A stretch of 64,000 nucleotides of DNA from Mobula hypostoma. Lineage: Eukaryota. Shown piece after piece: positions 11,913-25,489 of this stretch. Position 1 is the first letter of the stretch. Each line of letters opens with the position of its first letter. A program made the translations under genes and the position numbers. The notes beneath the pieces were generated by a model. It worked only from the letters and a program-made list of their open reading frames with translations. It ran no database searches and was not told the origin of the DNA. The DNA is taken from the NCBI RefSeq assembly GCF_963921235.1, contig NC_086097.1, positions 221,094,001 to 221,158,000 of the forward strand. Reading direction: 5' to 3'.

Positions 11913-12289
11913 CCAAGTAAATGTTGTCTGCAAGTGACAGACCAGCAAATGGATTCCAAATGAGTTGTTTTAAGTAACATGTAGGTTAGTGTAACTACTA
12001 CAATATTGTATATTATTTCATATTCACATATCCATCTTTTCTTCCTGTACTGAATTCCCAACCTCTGGAAGACCCATTGTTGGACATTTTATTGGAAGTA
12101 GAAGTGTTTTATTAACATAATTGACAGAATGAAGGACAAAGTTAGAGGGAGTTGTGCTGTTATGCCAGAAGCTCATGTTTGTAAGACATCCCTGCAGAGC
12201 TAAATGCACAAATGTTTTATTTCATTACTTTTACTACAAACGGTGCTGTGATGGATCCTGTTGTGAATACTGAGAAGAGCTCAAAAAAG

Positions 12290-12604
12290 AAAAGGTGAGC
12301 TTTATTTGTCACATGCACACCGAAACACACAGTGTAAAGCATCACTTGTGTCGAATCAAATCAGTGAGTATTGTGTTCAGCAGCCCGCAGGTGTCGCAAT
12401 GCTTCTGGCGCTAGTGTGGCAAGCCCACAAGTCACTAACGCTAATCACACATCTGCAGAATGCAGGAGGAAACTGGAACAGCTGAAGGAAACCTCGTCAC
12501 AGGGTAAAGGTACAAACTCCTTAATGGACAGTGGAGGGAATTGAATCTTGATCTTACAGCTGGTCTGTGATAACATCGCGCTAATCACCATGCTATAGTG
12601 TCGC
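12290..12604 (-). mobile_element. tRNA-derived V-SINE, old copy
   Basis: Reverse-complement homolog of 31243-31568: tail ..GTGACAAATAAAGCT, V-domain, B-box. Confidence 0.7.
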
Positions 12605-12691
12605 TCTTCTACGCTACCATCAAAGATCTGTGAATCATGAATCTCTGTGTCATGAATCTCTTTCTCCCAACATTAATTTCATTTTTGGATT

Positions 12692-15600
12692 AGCTAAAGG
12701 CAATCCCTGGTATCCAGCTGCAGGAACTTACATCAAGCATTCCAGCAGTCAATAACATAGGAGGGAAGAGGAAAGGGCAGGCAGAGCAGGGTTCCCCTGT
12801 GGCCATTCCCCTCAACAACAAGTATACTGCTTTGGATACTGTTGGGGGGGATGACTTACCTGGGACTAGCTGCAGTAGCCGGATCTCTGGCACTGAGTCT
12901 GGCTCTGCAGTGCAGAAGGGAGGGGAGAAAAAGAGGAGAGCGGTAGTGATAGGGAACTCGATAGTTAGAGGTGCAGATAGAAGGTTCTGTGGTTGTGACA
13001 GAGAATCCAGGATGGTTTGTTGCTCCCAGGTGCCAGGGTCAAGGATGTCTCTGATCGATTGCTTGACATTCTGAAGTGGGAGGGTGACCAGCCAGATGTC
13101 GTGGTGCACATCGGTACCAATGACATAGCAAGGAAGAGTGAGGAGGTCCTGGACAGTGAGTATAGAGAGCTTGGTAGGAAGTTGAAAAGCAGGACCTCAA
13201 GGGTGGTAATCTCAGGATTGCTACCTGTGCTAGGTGCCAGTGAGAGTAGGAATAGGATGCTCTGGAGGAGGAACAAGTGGGTGAGGAACTGGTGTAGGGG
13301 GCAGGGTTTCAGATTTCAGGATCATTGGGACCTCTTCTGGGGCAGGTGGGACCTGTACAAGAGAGACAGGTTACACTTGAACCACAGGGGGACCAATATC
13401 CTTTCAGGGAGGTTTGTTAGTGCTATTGGGGAGGCTTTAAACTAGATTTGCAGGGGGATGGGAACCAGAGTGCCAGAACTGACAGTGTGGCTGGGGTGAA
13501 AATAAATGATGTTGAAAGTTTAAGTAAATCCGCTGATAGAAAGGTGGTGAGTGGTGGTAAACATCTTCTGAGGTGTATATATTTCAATGCTAGGAGTATT
13601 GCGGGGAAGGCGGATGAGTTGAGGGCGTGGATTGACACGTGGAATTATGATGTTGTAGCAATTAGTGAAACTTGGCTACAGGAGGGGCAGGACTGGCAGC
13701 TTAATATTCCAGGGTTCCAATGTTTCAGATGTGATCGCGGCAGAGGAATGAAAGGTGGGGGAGTAGCATTGCTTGTTAGGGAAAATATTACAGCAGTGCT
13801 CAGGCAGGACAGATTAGAGGGCTTGTCTACTGAGTTCTTATGGGTGGAGCTGAGAAACAGGAAAGGTATGACCACATTAGTGGGATTGTATTACAGACCA
13901 CCCAATAGTCAATGAGACTTGGAAGAGCAAATCTGCAGAGAGATAGCAGGCAACTGCAGGAAACACAAAGTTGTGGTGGTAGGGGATTTTAATTTTCCAT
14001 ACATTGATTGGGACTCCCATACTGTTAGGGGTCTAGATGGTTTAGAGTTTGTAAAATGTGTTCAGGAAAGGTTTCTAAATCAATATATAGAGGAGCAACT
14101 GGAGGGGATGCAATATTGGATCTCCTGTTGGGTAACGAATTAGGGCAAGTGACAGAAGTCTGTGTAGCAAAGTCTAACACTTTGGTTCCAGTGATCATAA
14201 CACCATTAGTTTCAATTTGATCATGGACAAGGATAGATCTGGTCCTAGGGTTGAGGTTCTGAACTGGAAGGAGGCCAAATTTGAAGAAATGAGAAAGAAT
14301 CTGAAAAGCGTGGATTGGGACAGGTTGTTCTCTGGCAAAGTTGTGATTGGTAGGTGGGAAGCCTTCAAAGGAGAAATTTTGAGAGTGCAGAGTTTGTATG
14401 TTCCTGTCAGGATTAAAGGCAAATTGAATAGGAATAAGGAACCTTAGTTCTCAAGGGATATTGCAACTCTGATAAAGAAGAAGAGGGAGTTGTATGAAAT
14501 GTATAGGAAACAAGGGGTAAATCAGGTGCTTGAGGAGTATAAGAAGTGCAAAAAAATACTTAAGAAAGAAATCAGGAGGGCAAAAAGAAGACATGAGGTT
14601 GCCTTGGCAGTCAAAGTGAAGGATAATCCAAAGAGCTTTTACAAGTATATTAAGAGCAAAAGGATTGTAAGGGATAAAATTGGTCCTCTTGAAGATCAGA
14701 GTGGTCGGCTTTGTGCGGAACCAAAGGAAATGGGGGAGATCTTAAATAGGTTTTTTGCGTCTAAGGAAGCTGGCATGAAATCTATGGAATTTAGGGAATC
14801 AAGTAGTGAGACCATTGAAACTGTACAGATTGAAAAGGAGGAGGTGCTTGCTGTCTTGAGGAAAATTAAAGTGGATAAATCCCCGGGACCTGACAGAGTG
14901 TTCCCTTGGACCTTGAAGGAGACTAGTGTTGAAATTGCGGGGGCCCTGGCAGAAATATTTAAAATGTCTACGGGTGAAGTGCCGGAGGATTGGAGAGTGG
15001 CTCATGTTGTTCCATTGTTTAAAAAAGGATCGAAAAGTAATCCGGGAAATTATAAACCGGTGAGTTTAATGTCAGTAGTAGGTAAGTTATTGGAGGGAGT
15101 ACTAAGAGACAGAATCTACAAGCATTTGGATAGACAGGGACTTATTAGGGAGAGTCAACATGGCTTTGTGCGTGGTAGGTCATGTTTGACCAATCTGTTG
15201 GAGTTTTTCGAGGAGGTTACCAGGAAAGTGGATGAAGGGAAGGCAGTGGATATTGTCTACATGGACTTCAGTAAGACCTTTGACAAGGTCCCGCATGGGA
15301 GGTTAGTTAGGAAAATTCATTCACTAGGTATACATGGAGAGGTGGTAAATTGGATTAGACATTGGCTCGATGGAAGAAGCCAGAGAGTGGTGGTAGAGAA
15401 TTGCTTCTCTGAGTGGAGGCCTGTGACTAGTGGTGTGCCACAGGGATCAGTGCTGGGTCCATTGTTATTTGTCATCTATGTCAATGATCTGGATGATAAT
15501 GTGGTAAATTGGATCAGCAAGTTTGCTGATGATACAAAAATTGGAGGTGTAGTAGACAGTAAGGAAGGTTTTCAGAGCCTGCAGAGGGACTTGGACCAGC

Positions 15601-16439
15601 TGGAAAAATGGGCTGAAAAATGGCAGATGGAGTTTAATACAGACAAGTGTGAGGTATTAAACGTTGGAAGGACAAACCAACGTAGAACATACTGGGTTAA
15701 TGGTAAGGCACTGAGGAGTGCAGTGGAACAGAGGGATCTGGGAATACAGATACAAAATTCTCTAGAAGTGTCGTCACAGGTGGATAGGGTTGTAAAGAGA
15801 GCTTTTGGTACATTGGCCTTTATTGATCAAAGTATTGAGTATAAGAGCTGGTATGTTATGATGAGGTTGTATAAGGCATTGGTGAGGCCGAATCTGGAGT
15901 ATTGTGTTCAGTTTTGGTCACCAAATTACAGGAAGGATATAAATAAGGTTGAAAGAGTGCAGAGAAGGTTTACAAGGATGTTGCCGGGACTTGAGAAACT
16001 CAGTTACAGAGAAAGGTTGAATAGGTTAGGACTTTATTTCCTAGAGCGTAGAAGAATGAGGGGAGATTTGACAGAGGTATATAAAATTATGATGGGTATA
16101 GATAGAGTGAATGCAAGCAGGCTTTTTCCACTGAGGCAAGGGGAGAAAAAAACCAGAGGACATGTGTTAAGGGTGAGGGAGGAAAAGTTTAAAGGGAACA
16201 TTAAGGGGGGGCTTCTTCACACAGAGAGTTGTGGGAGTATGGAATGAGCTGCCAGACGAGGTGGTAAATGCGGGTTCTTTTTTAACATTTAAGAATAAAT
16301 TGGACAGATACATGGATGGGAGGTGTATGGAGGGATATGGTCCGTGTGCAGGCCAGTGGGACTAGGCAGAAAATGGTTCGGCACAGCCAAGATGGGCCAA
16401 AGGGCCTGTTTCTGTGCTGTAGTTTCTATGGTTTCTATG
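12692..16439 (+). mobile_element. Near full-length CR1 LINE, disrupted
   Basis: ORF1 SGNH-like (VIGNSIVRG, HIGTNDI, DRLHLN) ends at 13445. ORF2 has endonuclease and RT. 3' tail (GTTTCTATG)2. Confidence 0.95.
13448..16330 (+). pseudogene. CR1 ORF2 (APE endonuclease + reverse transcriptase), disrupted
   Basis: YFNARS, ISETW, YRPP, GDFN; 585-aa open stretch 14490..16247 with GVPQGSVLGP and KFADD. Stops at 13913 and 14445; frameshifts near 14095, 14180 and 16205. Confidence 0.92.
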
Positions 16440-19400
16440 ACGGAGAGGATCAGCAACTTTAAATTGCTCAGTGTATCGTTTCAGAGGACCTATGCTGGGC
16501 TCAGCAAGTAAGTGCAATTACGAAGAAAGCACAGCAGCACCTCAACTTTCTTTTAGCAGTTTGCAAAGAATCAGTATGTCATTGGGAGCTGAACGTCCAA
16601 GATTACACATTGTATCGGAGGGATAGGAAGGTAGGCAGAGGGGATGGTGAAGCTCTGCTGGTAAAAAATGGCATCAAATCACTAGAAAGATGTGACATAG
16701 GATCGGAAGATGTTGAATCCTTGCGGGTTGAGTTAAGAAACTGCAAGGGTAAAAGGACCCTGGTGGCAATTATATACAGGCCTCCCAACAGTAGCTGGGA
16801 TGTGAACCACAGATTACAATGGAAAATAGAAAAGGTGTGTTGAATGCCTAAGAGATGGCTTTTTAGAGCAGCTTGTCGTTGAGCCTACTAGGGCATCAGT
16901 TATACTGGATTGGGTGTTATGTAATGAACCGGAGGTGATTAGGGAGCTTAAGGTAAAGGAATCCTTAGGAGCCAATGGTCACAATATGAGTGAGTTCAAC
17001 TTGAAATTTGATAGGGAGAAAGTAAAGTAGCAGTATTTCAGTAGAGTAAAGGAAATTACAGTGATATGAGAGAGGTTGAGTTGGCTAAAGTAAATTGGAA
17101 GGAGCTGCTGGCAGGGCTGTCAGCAGATCAGCAATGGTGTGAGTTTCTGCGGAACATGAGGAAGGTGCAGGATAGACATGTTCCAAAAATGAAGAAATAC
17201 TCAAGTAGCAAAATAGTACAAATGTGGCTGACAAGAGAAGTCAAAGCTAATGTAAAAGCAAAAGAGAGGGAATACAACAAAGGAAAAAATAATGTGAAAA
17301 CAGAGGATTAGGAAGCTTTTAAATACCTACAGAGAGCAATGAAAAGAATCATTGCAAGATGAAATATGAAAGCAAGCTAGCAAACAATATCAAGGTGGAT
17401 AGTAAAAGCTTTTTCAAGTATGTAAAAAATAAAAGAGAGATGAGAGTGGATATAGGACCACTAGAAAATGAGGCCAGAGAAATAGTGACAGGGGACAAGG
17501 AGATGGCTGATGAACTAAATGAGTATTTTGCATCAATCTTCACTGTGGAAGACACTAGCAGTATGCCTGATGTTGTAGTGTGTGAAGGAAGAGAAGTGGG
17601 TGCAGTTACTGTTACAAGGGAGAAGGTGCTCAAAAAGCTGAAAGATCTAAAGGTACATAAGTCACCCAGACCAGAGGAACTGCACCCCAAGGTTCTGAAA
17701 GAGGTAGCGTTGGAGATTGTGGCAGCATTAGAAATGATCTTTCAAAAATCATTGGACTCTGGCGTGGTGCCAGAGGACTGGAAATTTGCAAATGTTACTC
17801 CACTATTTACGAAAGGAGAACGGCAGCAGAAAGGAAATTATAGACCAGTTGGCCTGACCTCAGTGGTTAGGAAGATGTTGGAGTCAATTGTTAAGGATGA
17901 GGTGATGGAGTACTTGGTGACACAGGACAAAATAGTACAAAGTCAGCATGGTTTCCTTCAGGGAAAATCCTGCCTGACGAACTTGTTGGAATTCATTGAG
18001 GAGATTACAAGTAGGATAGATAAAGGGGATGCAGTGGATGTTGCATATTTGGACTTTCAAAAGGCCTTTGACAAGGTGCCACACATGAGGCTGCTTACCA
18101 AGGTAAGAGCCCATGGTATTACAGGAAAGTTGCTAACATAGTTAGAGCATTGGTTGATTGGTAGGAGGCAGCGAGTGGGAATAAAAGGATGCTTTTCTGG
18201 TTGGCTGCCAGTGACTCATGTTCCTCAGGAGCCAGTGTTGGGACCACTTCTTTTTATGCTACATATAGATGATTTAGATAATAGAATTGATGGCTTTGTT
18301 GCCAAGTTTGCAGATGACACGAGGAGGAGCAGATAGTGTTGAGGAAACAGGTAGGATGCAGAAGGACTTAGACAGATTAGGAGAACGGGCAAAAAAGTGG
18401 CAAATGAAATACTATGTTGGAAAATGCATGGTCATGCACTTTGGTAGAAGAAATAAATATGCGGACTATTTTCTAAATGGAGAGAAAAACCAGAAATCTG
18501 AGATACAAAGGGACTTGGGAGTCCTTGTGAAGAACATCCTAAATTTAACTTGCAGGTAAAGTTGGTTGTGAGGAAGGCAACTGCAATATTAGCATTCATT
18601 TCAAGGTATCAGAACAGGGATGTGATGCTGAGGCTTTATAAGGCACTGGAGTGGCCTCACCTTGAGTATTGTGAACAGTTTTGGGCTTCTCATCTTAGAA
18701 AAGATGTGCTGGAATTGTAGAATGTCCAGAGGAGGTTCACAAGGATGATTCCATGAATGAAAGGGTTATCATATGAGGATTGTTTGATGGTTTTGGGTGT
18801 GTACTCACTGGAATTTAGTAGGATGAGGGGGGATCTCATTGAAACCTTTTGAATGTTGAAAGGCCTAGATAGAGTAGATGTGGAAAGGATGTTCTCCCTG
18901 GGCAGGGAGTCTAGGTTAGAGGGGCGTCAATTTAAAATAGGGATGCGGGGAAATTTCTTCAGCCAGAGGGTGGTGAATTTGTGGAATTTATTACCACAGG
19001 CATCTGTGGAGGCCAGGTCGTTGGGTGTATTAAAAGCAGAGATTGATAGGTTCTTTATAAGACATAGCATCAAAGGTTACAGGGAGAAGGCTGGGGAATG
19101 GTTTGAGGAGGGGAGAAAGGGATCAGCCATGATTGAATGATGGTGCAGACTTGATGGGTCAAATGACCTATTTCTGCTCATATGACTTATGGTTTCATGG
19201 TCTTCAAACTTTGACATAGATGTGTGAAGGAGAGTATATTGACTGGTTGCATCATGGCCTGGTATGGAAGCGTCAATGCCCTTGAATGAGACAGTCTATA
19301 AAAAGTTGTGAGTACTCCCCAGTCCATCAGAGGTAAAACCCTCACCACCTTTGAGCACATCTACAAAGGGTGCTGCCACAAGAAAACGGCATCTATCAAG

Positions 19401-19845
19401 GTCCCCCACCATCCAGACCATGCTCACTTCTTGCTGCTATCATCAGGAAGAAGGTACAGGAGCCTCAGGACCCACAGCACCAGCTGCAGGAACAGTTATT
19501 ACACTTCAAACATCAGGCTCTGGAACCAGCAGGAATAACTTCACTCAACTTCACTTGCCCCGTCACTGAACCTACGGACCTACTGTCAAGGACTATTCAT
19601 CTCATGTTCTCGATATTTATTGCTCATTTTTTTAATTACTGTTACATATTTTTTCTTCTTTTGTTGTATTTGCACAGTTTATTGTATTTTGCACATTGAT
19701 TACTTGACCTTTGGGTATGTTTTGTCATTGATTCTAATGTGCTTCTTGTATTTACTCTGAATGCATGCAAGAAAATTTATATCAGGGTTGTATATGGCGA
19801 GGTATATGTACTTGGATAATAAATTTATTTGAACTTGCATTTTGA
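16440..19845 (+). mobile_element. Rex1/Babar LINE 3' fragment, split by a CR1 (pieces 16440-16581 and 19205-19845)
   Basis: ERISNFKLL..ITKKAQQHL, then after the insert ESILTGCIMAWYG..HPDHAHFLLLSSGRRYRSLRTHST. Tail AATAAATTTATTTGAACTTG. Confidence 0.75.
16582..19204 (+). mobile_element. 5'-truncated CR1 LINE ORF2, decayed
   Basis: YRPPNS, NYRPVGLTS, DFQKAFDKVPH, KFADDT, NFFSQRVVNLWN. Tail TTATGGTTTCATGGTCTT. Confidence 0.92.
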
Positions 19846-22382
19846 ATTTCACTACAACAAACTTGAAAATAAAAATCCTGTTGTAAGTTTAATCCAACGA
19901 GGGTAAAATGAAGATTTGACCCTACACATGAGATTAAGATTGACAATGAATAGACAAAAATAAACAAAGAACATTTAAAATATTAATTCTGTCAACAAAA
20001 TTAAAATTAGAGATCATTGTCCAGAGGGAATTAGGCTCCATGTACAAAAGTAATTTTATTTTGGAGTCAATGAGATTGATTAGCAGTACATTACAAAAGC
20101 CTTGAATTAAAGTAAGAAATATATATATATATATAATTGAAGTGAAATAAGTCATACAAATGAAGTAGTGAGGTACTATTCATGGGTTCAATATCCATTG
20201 AGAAATCAGATGGCAGAGGGGGCAAAGCTGTTCCTGTACCTCATTCAATCAGGTTTAGCCATTTCGAAGATACTTGCAACTGGAACATCAGTGAATTCAT
20301 AATGATTTCTATTTGTGAAGACCTCAGTGGTGCTACCTGTGAGGAGTAAGATGTTACTCACACTCCAAATTCCTGCTTCCACTATATCTTATACCGTTAT
20401 TGGAAGACGCTGCCTTTTTCTTACTATCATAACGGCAAATGCTAATACTTCCATTATCTTTAGGATCACAAAATACACAACTTTGCCTTATGGGAGTGCT
20501 CCTGGAAATATTTATTTCAAAAGAATAGAAGGATGAAGTCCATGTTAGGAAGCACAGCAAACACCAAAAATCTGAAATAAAAACTGGGGAAAAGAAAGAA
20601 CTTCAAACAGGTGAGGAAACACCTGAAAGAGAGAAGAGAATTGTTGTTTATCTTCAATGGCCTTTTATAAGAATTGGAAATCCATCACAGTGTGTTGTGT
20701 TTAGATCATGAGAATGTAATGTTCAATGATTGAGAAAACTTTGACATTTTTTTGTTGGCATCAGTGGTGGTGTGAGCATTTTGAAATTTATCAAAGCCTT
20801 CCAGAGGAGCTTTGTGGGTGAGGATTGTGCGATCTCACACTCATTACTCTGTTGCAGTGCTGGAGTCCCTGACACCACTCAGTACCTCACCGTGCAGCTC
20901 TAGCACTCTCTGTATAAGGGAGATTAGCCTTCCTGCAAACAGTATGTTCTGGAGGATGGAGAATGCAGGTGTTGGATTCCAAACATGCAACACCTACAGG
21001 AAAACCTCCACCTTTTTTCTCTTTCTGCAGTTGCTGCTTGATCTGCTAAATATTTCCCGCAATTTTTTGACTTTACTGTAAGAGAAAATACATGGAGCAT
21101 ATGTTGGAATTAATAGCTGAGGCTTATTTGTTATTTTGCGCAATCTAATACTCTTATTTTGCTGTCTATAGACACTAATGTACTAGTGCACAAATACACT
21201 TTTGTGACCTGGTTTCATTGTATTCCAACTAAGGTGCTTTTGTGTAATGATGAAAATCATAAAGAAAATCCTAATCTTTCCCATTTTTAGTTTGCCTCTA
21301 AATGAAGTAACCTCAAATTCACACATGTACTATTTTAGATCAGTCATTTTGTGCATTTAACAAAATTTATTTTAACTGGGTTAAAGTACTTTGCGGACTA
21401 TATATTTCAAACAGACTAATGACTTTGTTAAATTAGCAAATACATGGATGACTAATTGCATGAAAAATAGCATGCAGAAGAATTTCAAACCCAGCAAAAC
21501 AAAGTACTGATTCCAAAAGGGAACATGATATGCAGTTTTACTCTCTGTCTCCAATATATCAAAACACAAGCTTATTAAAAGCAACGATGACTACAATAAA
21601 CAAAGTCTAAAAATGTGGTATAACTTTTAAAAGCAAACACTGATGAGTTTCTAGTTTATATTTTAAGGCAAGGTCACTGAGTAAGGACAGTTTTTCATTT
21701 GGCTCTGATGGTATTAGAATTACGTTAATTGCCTGTATCATACTACACTTGCCATGGATGGCTGTTAGATGTTAAAGACAAAAATATTCTCATAATATCT
21801 AAGAATACATTAAAAAGAGTCATTTTAGTAGCAAGTTCACTTTGTAAAACTATATTGTGGCTGGTTCATTGATAATGCAGTCATACCATTTGGTCCAAGC
21901 TCATTAAAATCACAGTGCGTCTATTGTGTTAATGTTTCCTTATGTGGCAGACCTGACAACTGGCATTTACTTCTGATTTGATAAGGATCTGTCCGTTAAT
22001 CTGTATGAGAAAGGCATAAATTGTAAAGTTGATTTTAAAAAAGAGCCTCCCAAACCATACTGCTTCTAACTGTAAAGGAACTGCATGTTTCAGCTTGTAT
22101 TAGTTGAACACACTATCTCTGTGGTTCCTCCGAAAATATATGTGCTGCCAAAAAAACCATTACAAGGACAGAAAAGGAATCTCAAGTTACACCTGAAGCT
22201 TATATATGAACCTTGAATCACCACAATGTTCTTGTCTGGGAATTGATTCAAAAACATTACCTCATTGCATCTAGAACAATGCGAATGGCCCCGGATCCAG
22301 TTAGAATGGAAGGACAAAAAAAAAGGGTGGTTCTAGTGGGCTTTGTAATTCAAAAAGATTTGTACTTGCCTTGTACACCTTG

Positions 22383-23455
22383 GAATCAGAATCAGGTTTG
22401 TTATTACTAATGTACAGTAGGTTGTGAAATTTGTTGAGTTGTGGCAGCAGTATAGTGCAGGCAAAAAAAAAATTACTGTTACCGTGGTCGCAGAGAAAGC
22501 CTCAAGATGGATCTAGATGAAGACAGCGAGTCCATGGGGATCTGCGGCATATGTTATCTGAGCACAAGCTATGGCTTGATCAACCGTGGCTGGGCCGCCT
22601 GGGCAAGGGTGCCTGATGTTGAAAGACCCAAAGCGCCTGATGACCCCAGGTTACATGACTGATGATGTGTTCAGAGCATTGTGAGATGTATTCTTCAAAT
22701 AAGTTACAATAAAAAATAAATAGGTTGTGTGAAAGAGGAATAGGGAGGCGAAGTTCATGAGTCAGAAATCTGATGGCACAGGGGATGAAACTGTTCCTAA
22801 AACATTGAGTGTGGGCCATCAGGATCCGGTACGCCCTTCATGGGAATAATGAGCTGAGGGCATGTCTTGGAAGGTTAGGGTCCTTAAGACTGATGCTTCC
22901 TTCTGGAGGCAACATCCCTTGAAGACGTTCTCAGCAGTGGAAGGCCATTGCCCATGACAGAACTGAATGAGTCTACAAATCTTTGTGCGATGGAGCCTCC
23001 ATACCAGGCTGTGATGCAACCAATCAGAATGCTGTCCACTGTATATCTATAGAAATTTGCTAATCTATGGTAGCATACAAAATCCCCCCAAACTCCTAAT
23101 GAGGTATAGTTGTCTCCTCTGTGATTGCATCAGTATGTTGGGCCCAGAAAAAATCCTCTGAGATGTTGATGTCAGGGACTTGAAGCTGATCACAGTTTCC
23201 ACTGCTGACCCCTCAGTGAGGACTGGGGTGTGTTCTCTCCAGTTCCCTTTTCTGGTTCACAATCAACTCCTGAGTTTTGCTGACACTAAGTGCAAGGTTT
23301 TTTATTTCATGCATCATGAATCAGTCAACTGATTTATCTTGTTCCTGCAGTAATCTGTGATTCTGCCAACAACAGTGGTGTTACAGGCAAATTTATAGAT
23401 GGTATCTGATCTGTGCTTAGCCATGCAGTCATGAGAATAGAGGGAGAGGGTGATG
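22383..23455 (-). mobile_element. Rex1/Babar LINE fragment
   Basis: Minus strand SLYSHDCMAKHRSDTIYKFACNTTVVGRIT (decayed KFADD) and HTQCFRNSFIPCAIRFL. (CTGATT)n tail. Confidence 0.75.
22477..22700 (+). mobile_element. Probable HERO/R2-group (RLE) retrotransposon 3' end inserted in the Rex1 3' UTR
   Basis: Encodes TVVAEKASRWI*MK..PW, resembling the AAEKASRWLW C-terminus of HERO elements. Followed by a GC-rich structured UTR ending CTGATGATGTGT. Confidence 0.55.
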
Positions 23456-23860
23456 AGATCTGTAAATGGCAGGTGAAACATATGGGTAGTAGGTGGATGA
23501 AAATAGGTGATGGGGAGTTGGAAGGGGAATACGGGAAAAGGAGCAAAACAGAAGGATTGGGTCCACCATGCAGGAGACAATGGCCTGGAATTTGCGGGTG
23601 GGGTCATGGTCTAGGGGCACGTATGAGGACATATCTAAGAGATGCGGTTTCACATCTCCAAAGTAGAGGTCAGTCTACCACCCTGCAATGGTACCACCCT
23701 TGTGTGCCAACTTGATGACTGGGTTGGAATTGGTGCAAAAGTGAAGGTGTGCGTTTGTAGCGGGTGAGGGGAGTGGAGAACCTGAGGGAGTTGATGTTGC
23801 GACAGCACGCTGGGAATGAAAAGGTTGAAAGAGGGGCAAACAGCCCGGCACAAGCGCATA
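23456..23860 (-). mobile_element. Neptune-type Penelope-like element, internally deleted fragment
   Basis: Across frames: CCRNINSLRFSTPL..TNSNPVIKLAHKGGTIAGW*TDLY..LLDMSSYVPLDHDPT (decayed IKPADKGG..Y..L..DPT), fused to a pyrimidine-rich UTR. Confidence 0.7.
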
Positions 23861-25489
23861 TGACCAGCCCACCCGCATCACTTCCGGTTCTGGGTGAACC
23901 ACCCGCATTGCACACTGGGAACTGAAGTTCTTTATTATGTACAGGCATAGTAACACAACCTCCACCCACAACAGATATGACACGGAGTTCCTCCAGCAGT
24001 TCCCTTTTCACTCCATATTCCAATATCTGAAATCTCCTTTATCTCCAGGTGTAAAAAAAGCTGATGCTCAGTTCCATTGGGTTAGGTTGAATTTGCCACT
24101 GAGTGATAGGGAGATTCTGCCCCGGATGCCTCAGGGGACATCATGCCTGAAGATGATTTTATCTTCATCAGATTGAGATGGATGGACATTCATTCATCAG
24201 TAAGCTGCCAGCTGATATTTCTTGGCTCTTTCTATCAAACACAAACAACAGAATGTTTAATGGGATCAATTCTATTTTAAGTATAATCATTGTAATAGTA
24301 ATAATTTTTGGGCACTGCAATGGTGTTCCCATTGAAAGGTTCAGGAATGTGCTCAAGTATAACTGTCTTGTTATGAGCAGCTTGCTGGCAAAATTTAGTT
24401 TCTTTGTAGGTAGCTATTCAGAACTTGAGGATGATTAACTAAATAAGGCACTTTTCCAATGGTGGTCCTAAATCCTTTCACTCCTGGTTCAGCTGAATTA
24501 CAGTTGAGTTCTGATTACTGATTATTACCACCAGATGACAAGTTGAAAATTAGTTGGACTACAGCACTATCAAATCTCAAAGCAAAAATCACATAGTGAT
24601 TGAGAAGATTGGCTTATTACAGTATGTTCATGTTGATAATTGTTTTTTTCTTTTTTTTACAGTCCAATCATTTTCAGTTCTGAGTATATGTACCCCACTT
24701 TCATTAGGGTTTATTAAAGAGGAAGCACGTCTGGGGACAGCACTGCATAAACAAATTTAGAATGTTTATGGGCAAATGAAGCAACCACTGACAACATATC
24801 ACCGTATATCAATTATTCAATTTAAAGTTACAATTTTATTTGTTCTTGTTCTAGCTTTGGAGAAAATGAACTCTCTTTCAGTAAAGAGGAAAACACTGGA
24901 AAATAGTTCAGCCTTCATTTTCCACTTCAAATGGGAGGCCTCCTCCTGGGTAAAACAGAATGCATTTTCCTTCTTGTCTATTTTCTGTGTAGCATTCAAC
25001 CAAAGCACTCTGCAGATCTCATATTCTCCGTTGTGGTTAAAGGATGCTTTTGTGGATTTGAAAGTGTATGTGTAATTGTGCATGTGTAATTCTATTGTTA
25101 TTGGCATTTCCTGCATGCTTTGAAGAAGTTACAATAGCATAAATACTTGGGAGGAAATTTTGGGTTAAATTTTAGTGTCCCCAGTGATGATGGCAACATT
25201 TCTTCTCTAATTAACACAGACATTTATATGCTAAATTATCCAATAGATTTTATTGATATTTTCTGTTCAAATTTTAAATCGACGCAACAGCTTGTGCAAT
25301 GGTCTTGCCACTAGTTCTTCAGTTCTTAGCCTACAGTAATGAAATGAGTACCCTTTGCAATTCTCAGCATCCAGATCTAACATTGTTACCTCCAGACCTC
25401 AGTCAAGTCACTGACTAATTCTGCTCATTCCATGATCTAGTGGACAGATAAACCCAATGCAATCACAAACAAGGATGACCAAACTAATA

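Noticed and set aside
14490..16247. 585-aa ORF as a functional gene
   Set aside because: It is the RT half of a CR1 ORF2 with upstream stops and frameshifts and a frameshifted end.
22093..22215. Terminal coding exon after TTTCAG (LVLVEHTISVVPPK..)
   Set aside because: Only about 40 open codons, no recognisable homology and no partner exons.
23670..24023. CpG-containing ORF with an ETS-like motif as a host promoter or exon
   Set aside because: Most of it is Neptune PLE coding remnant; a lone CCGGAAGT is insufficient.
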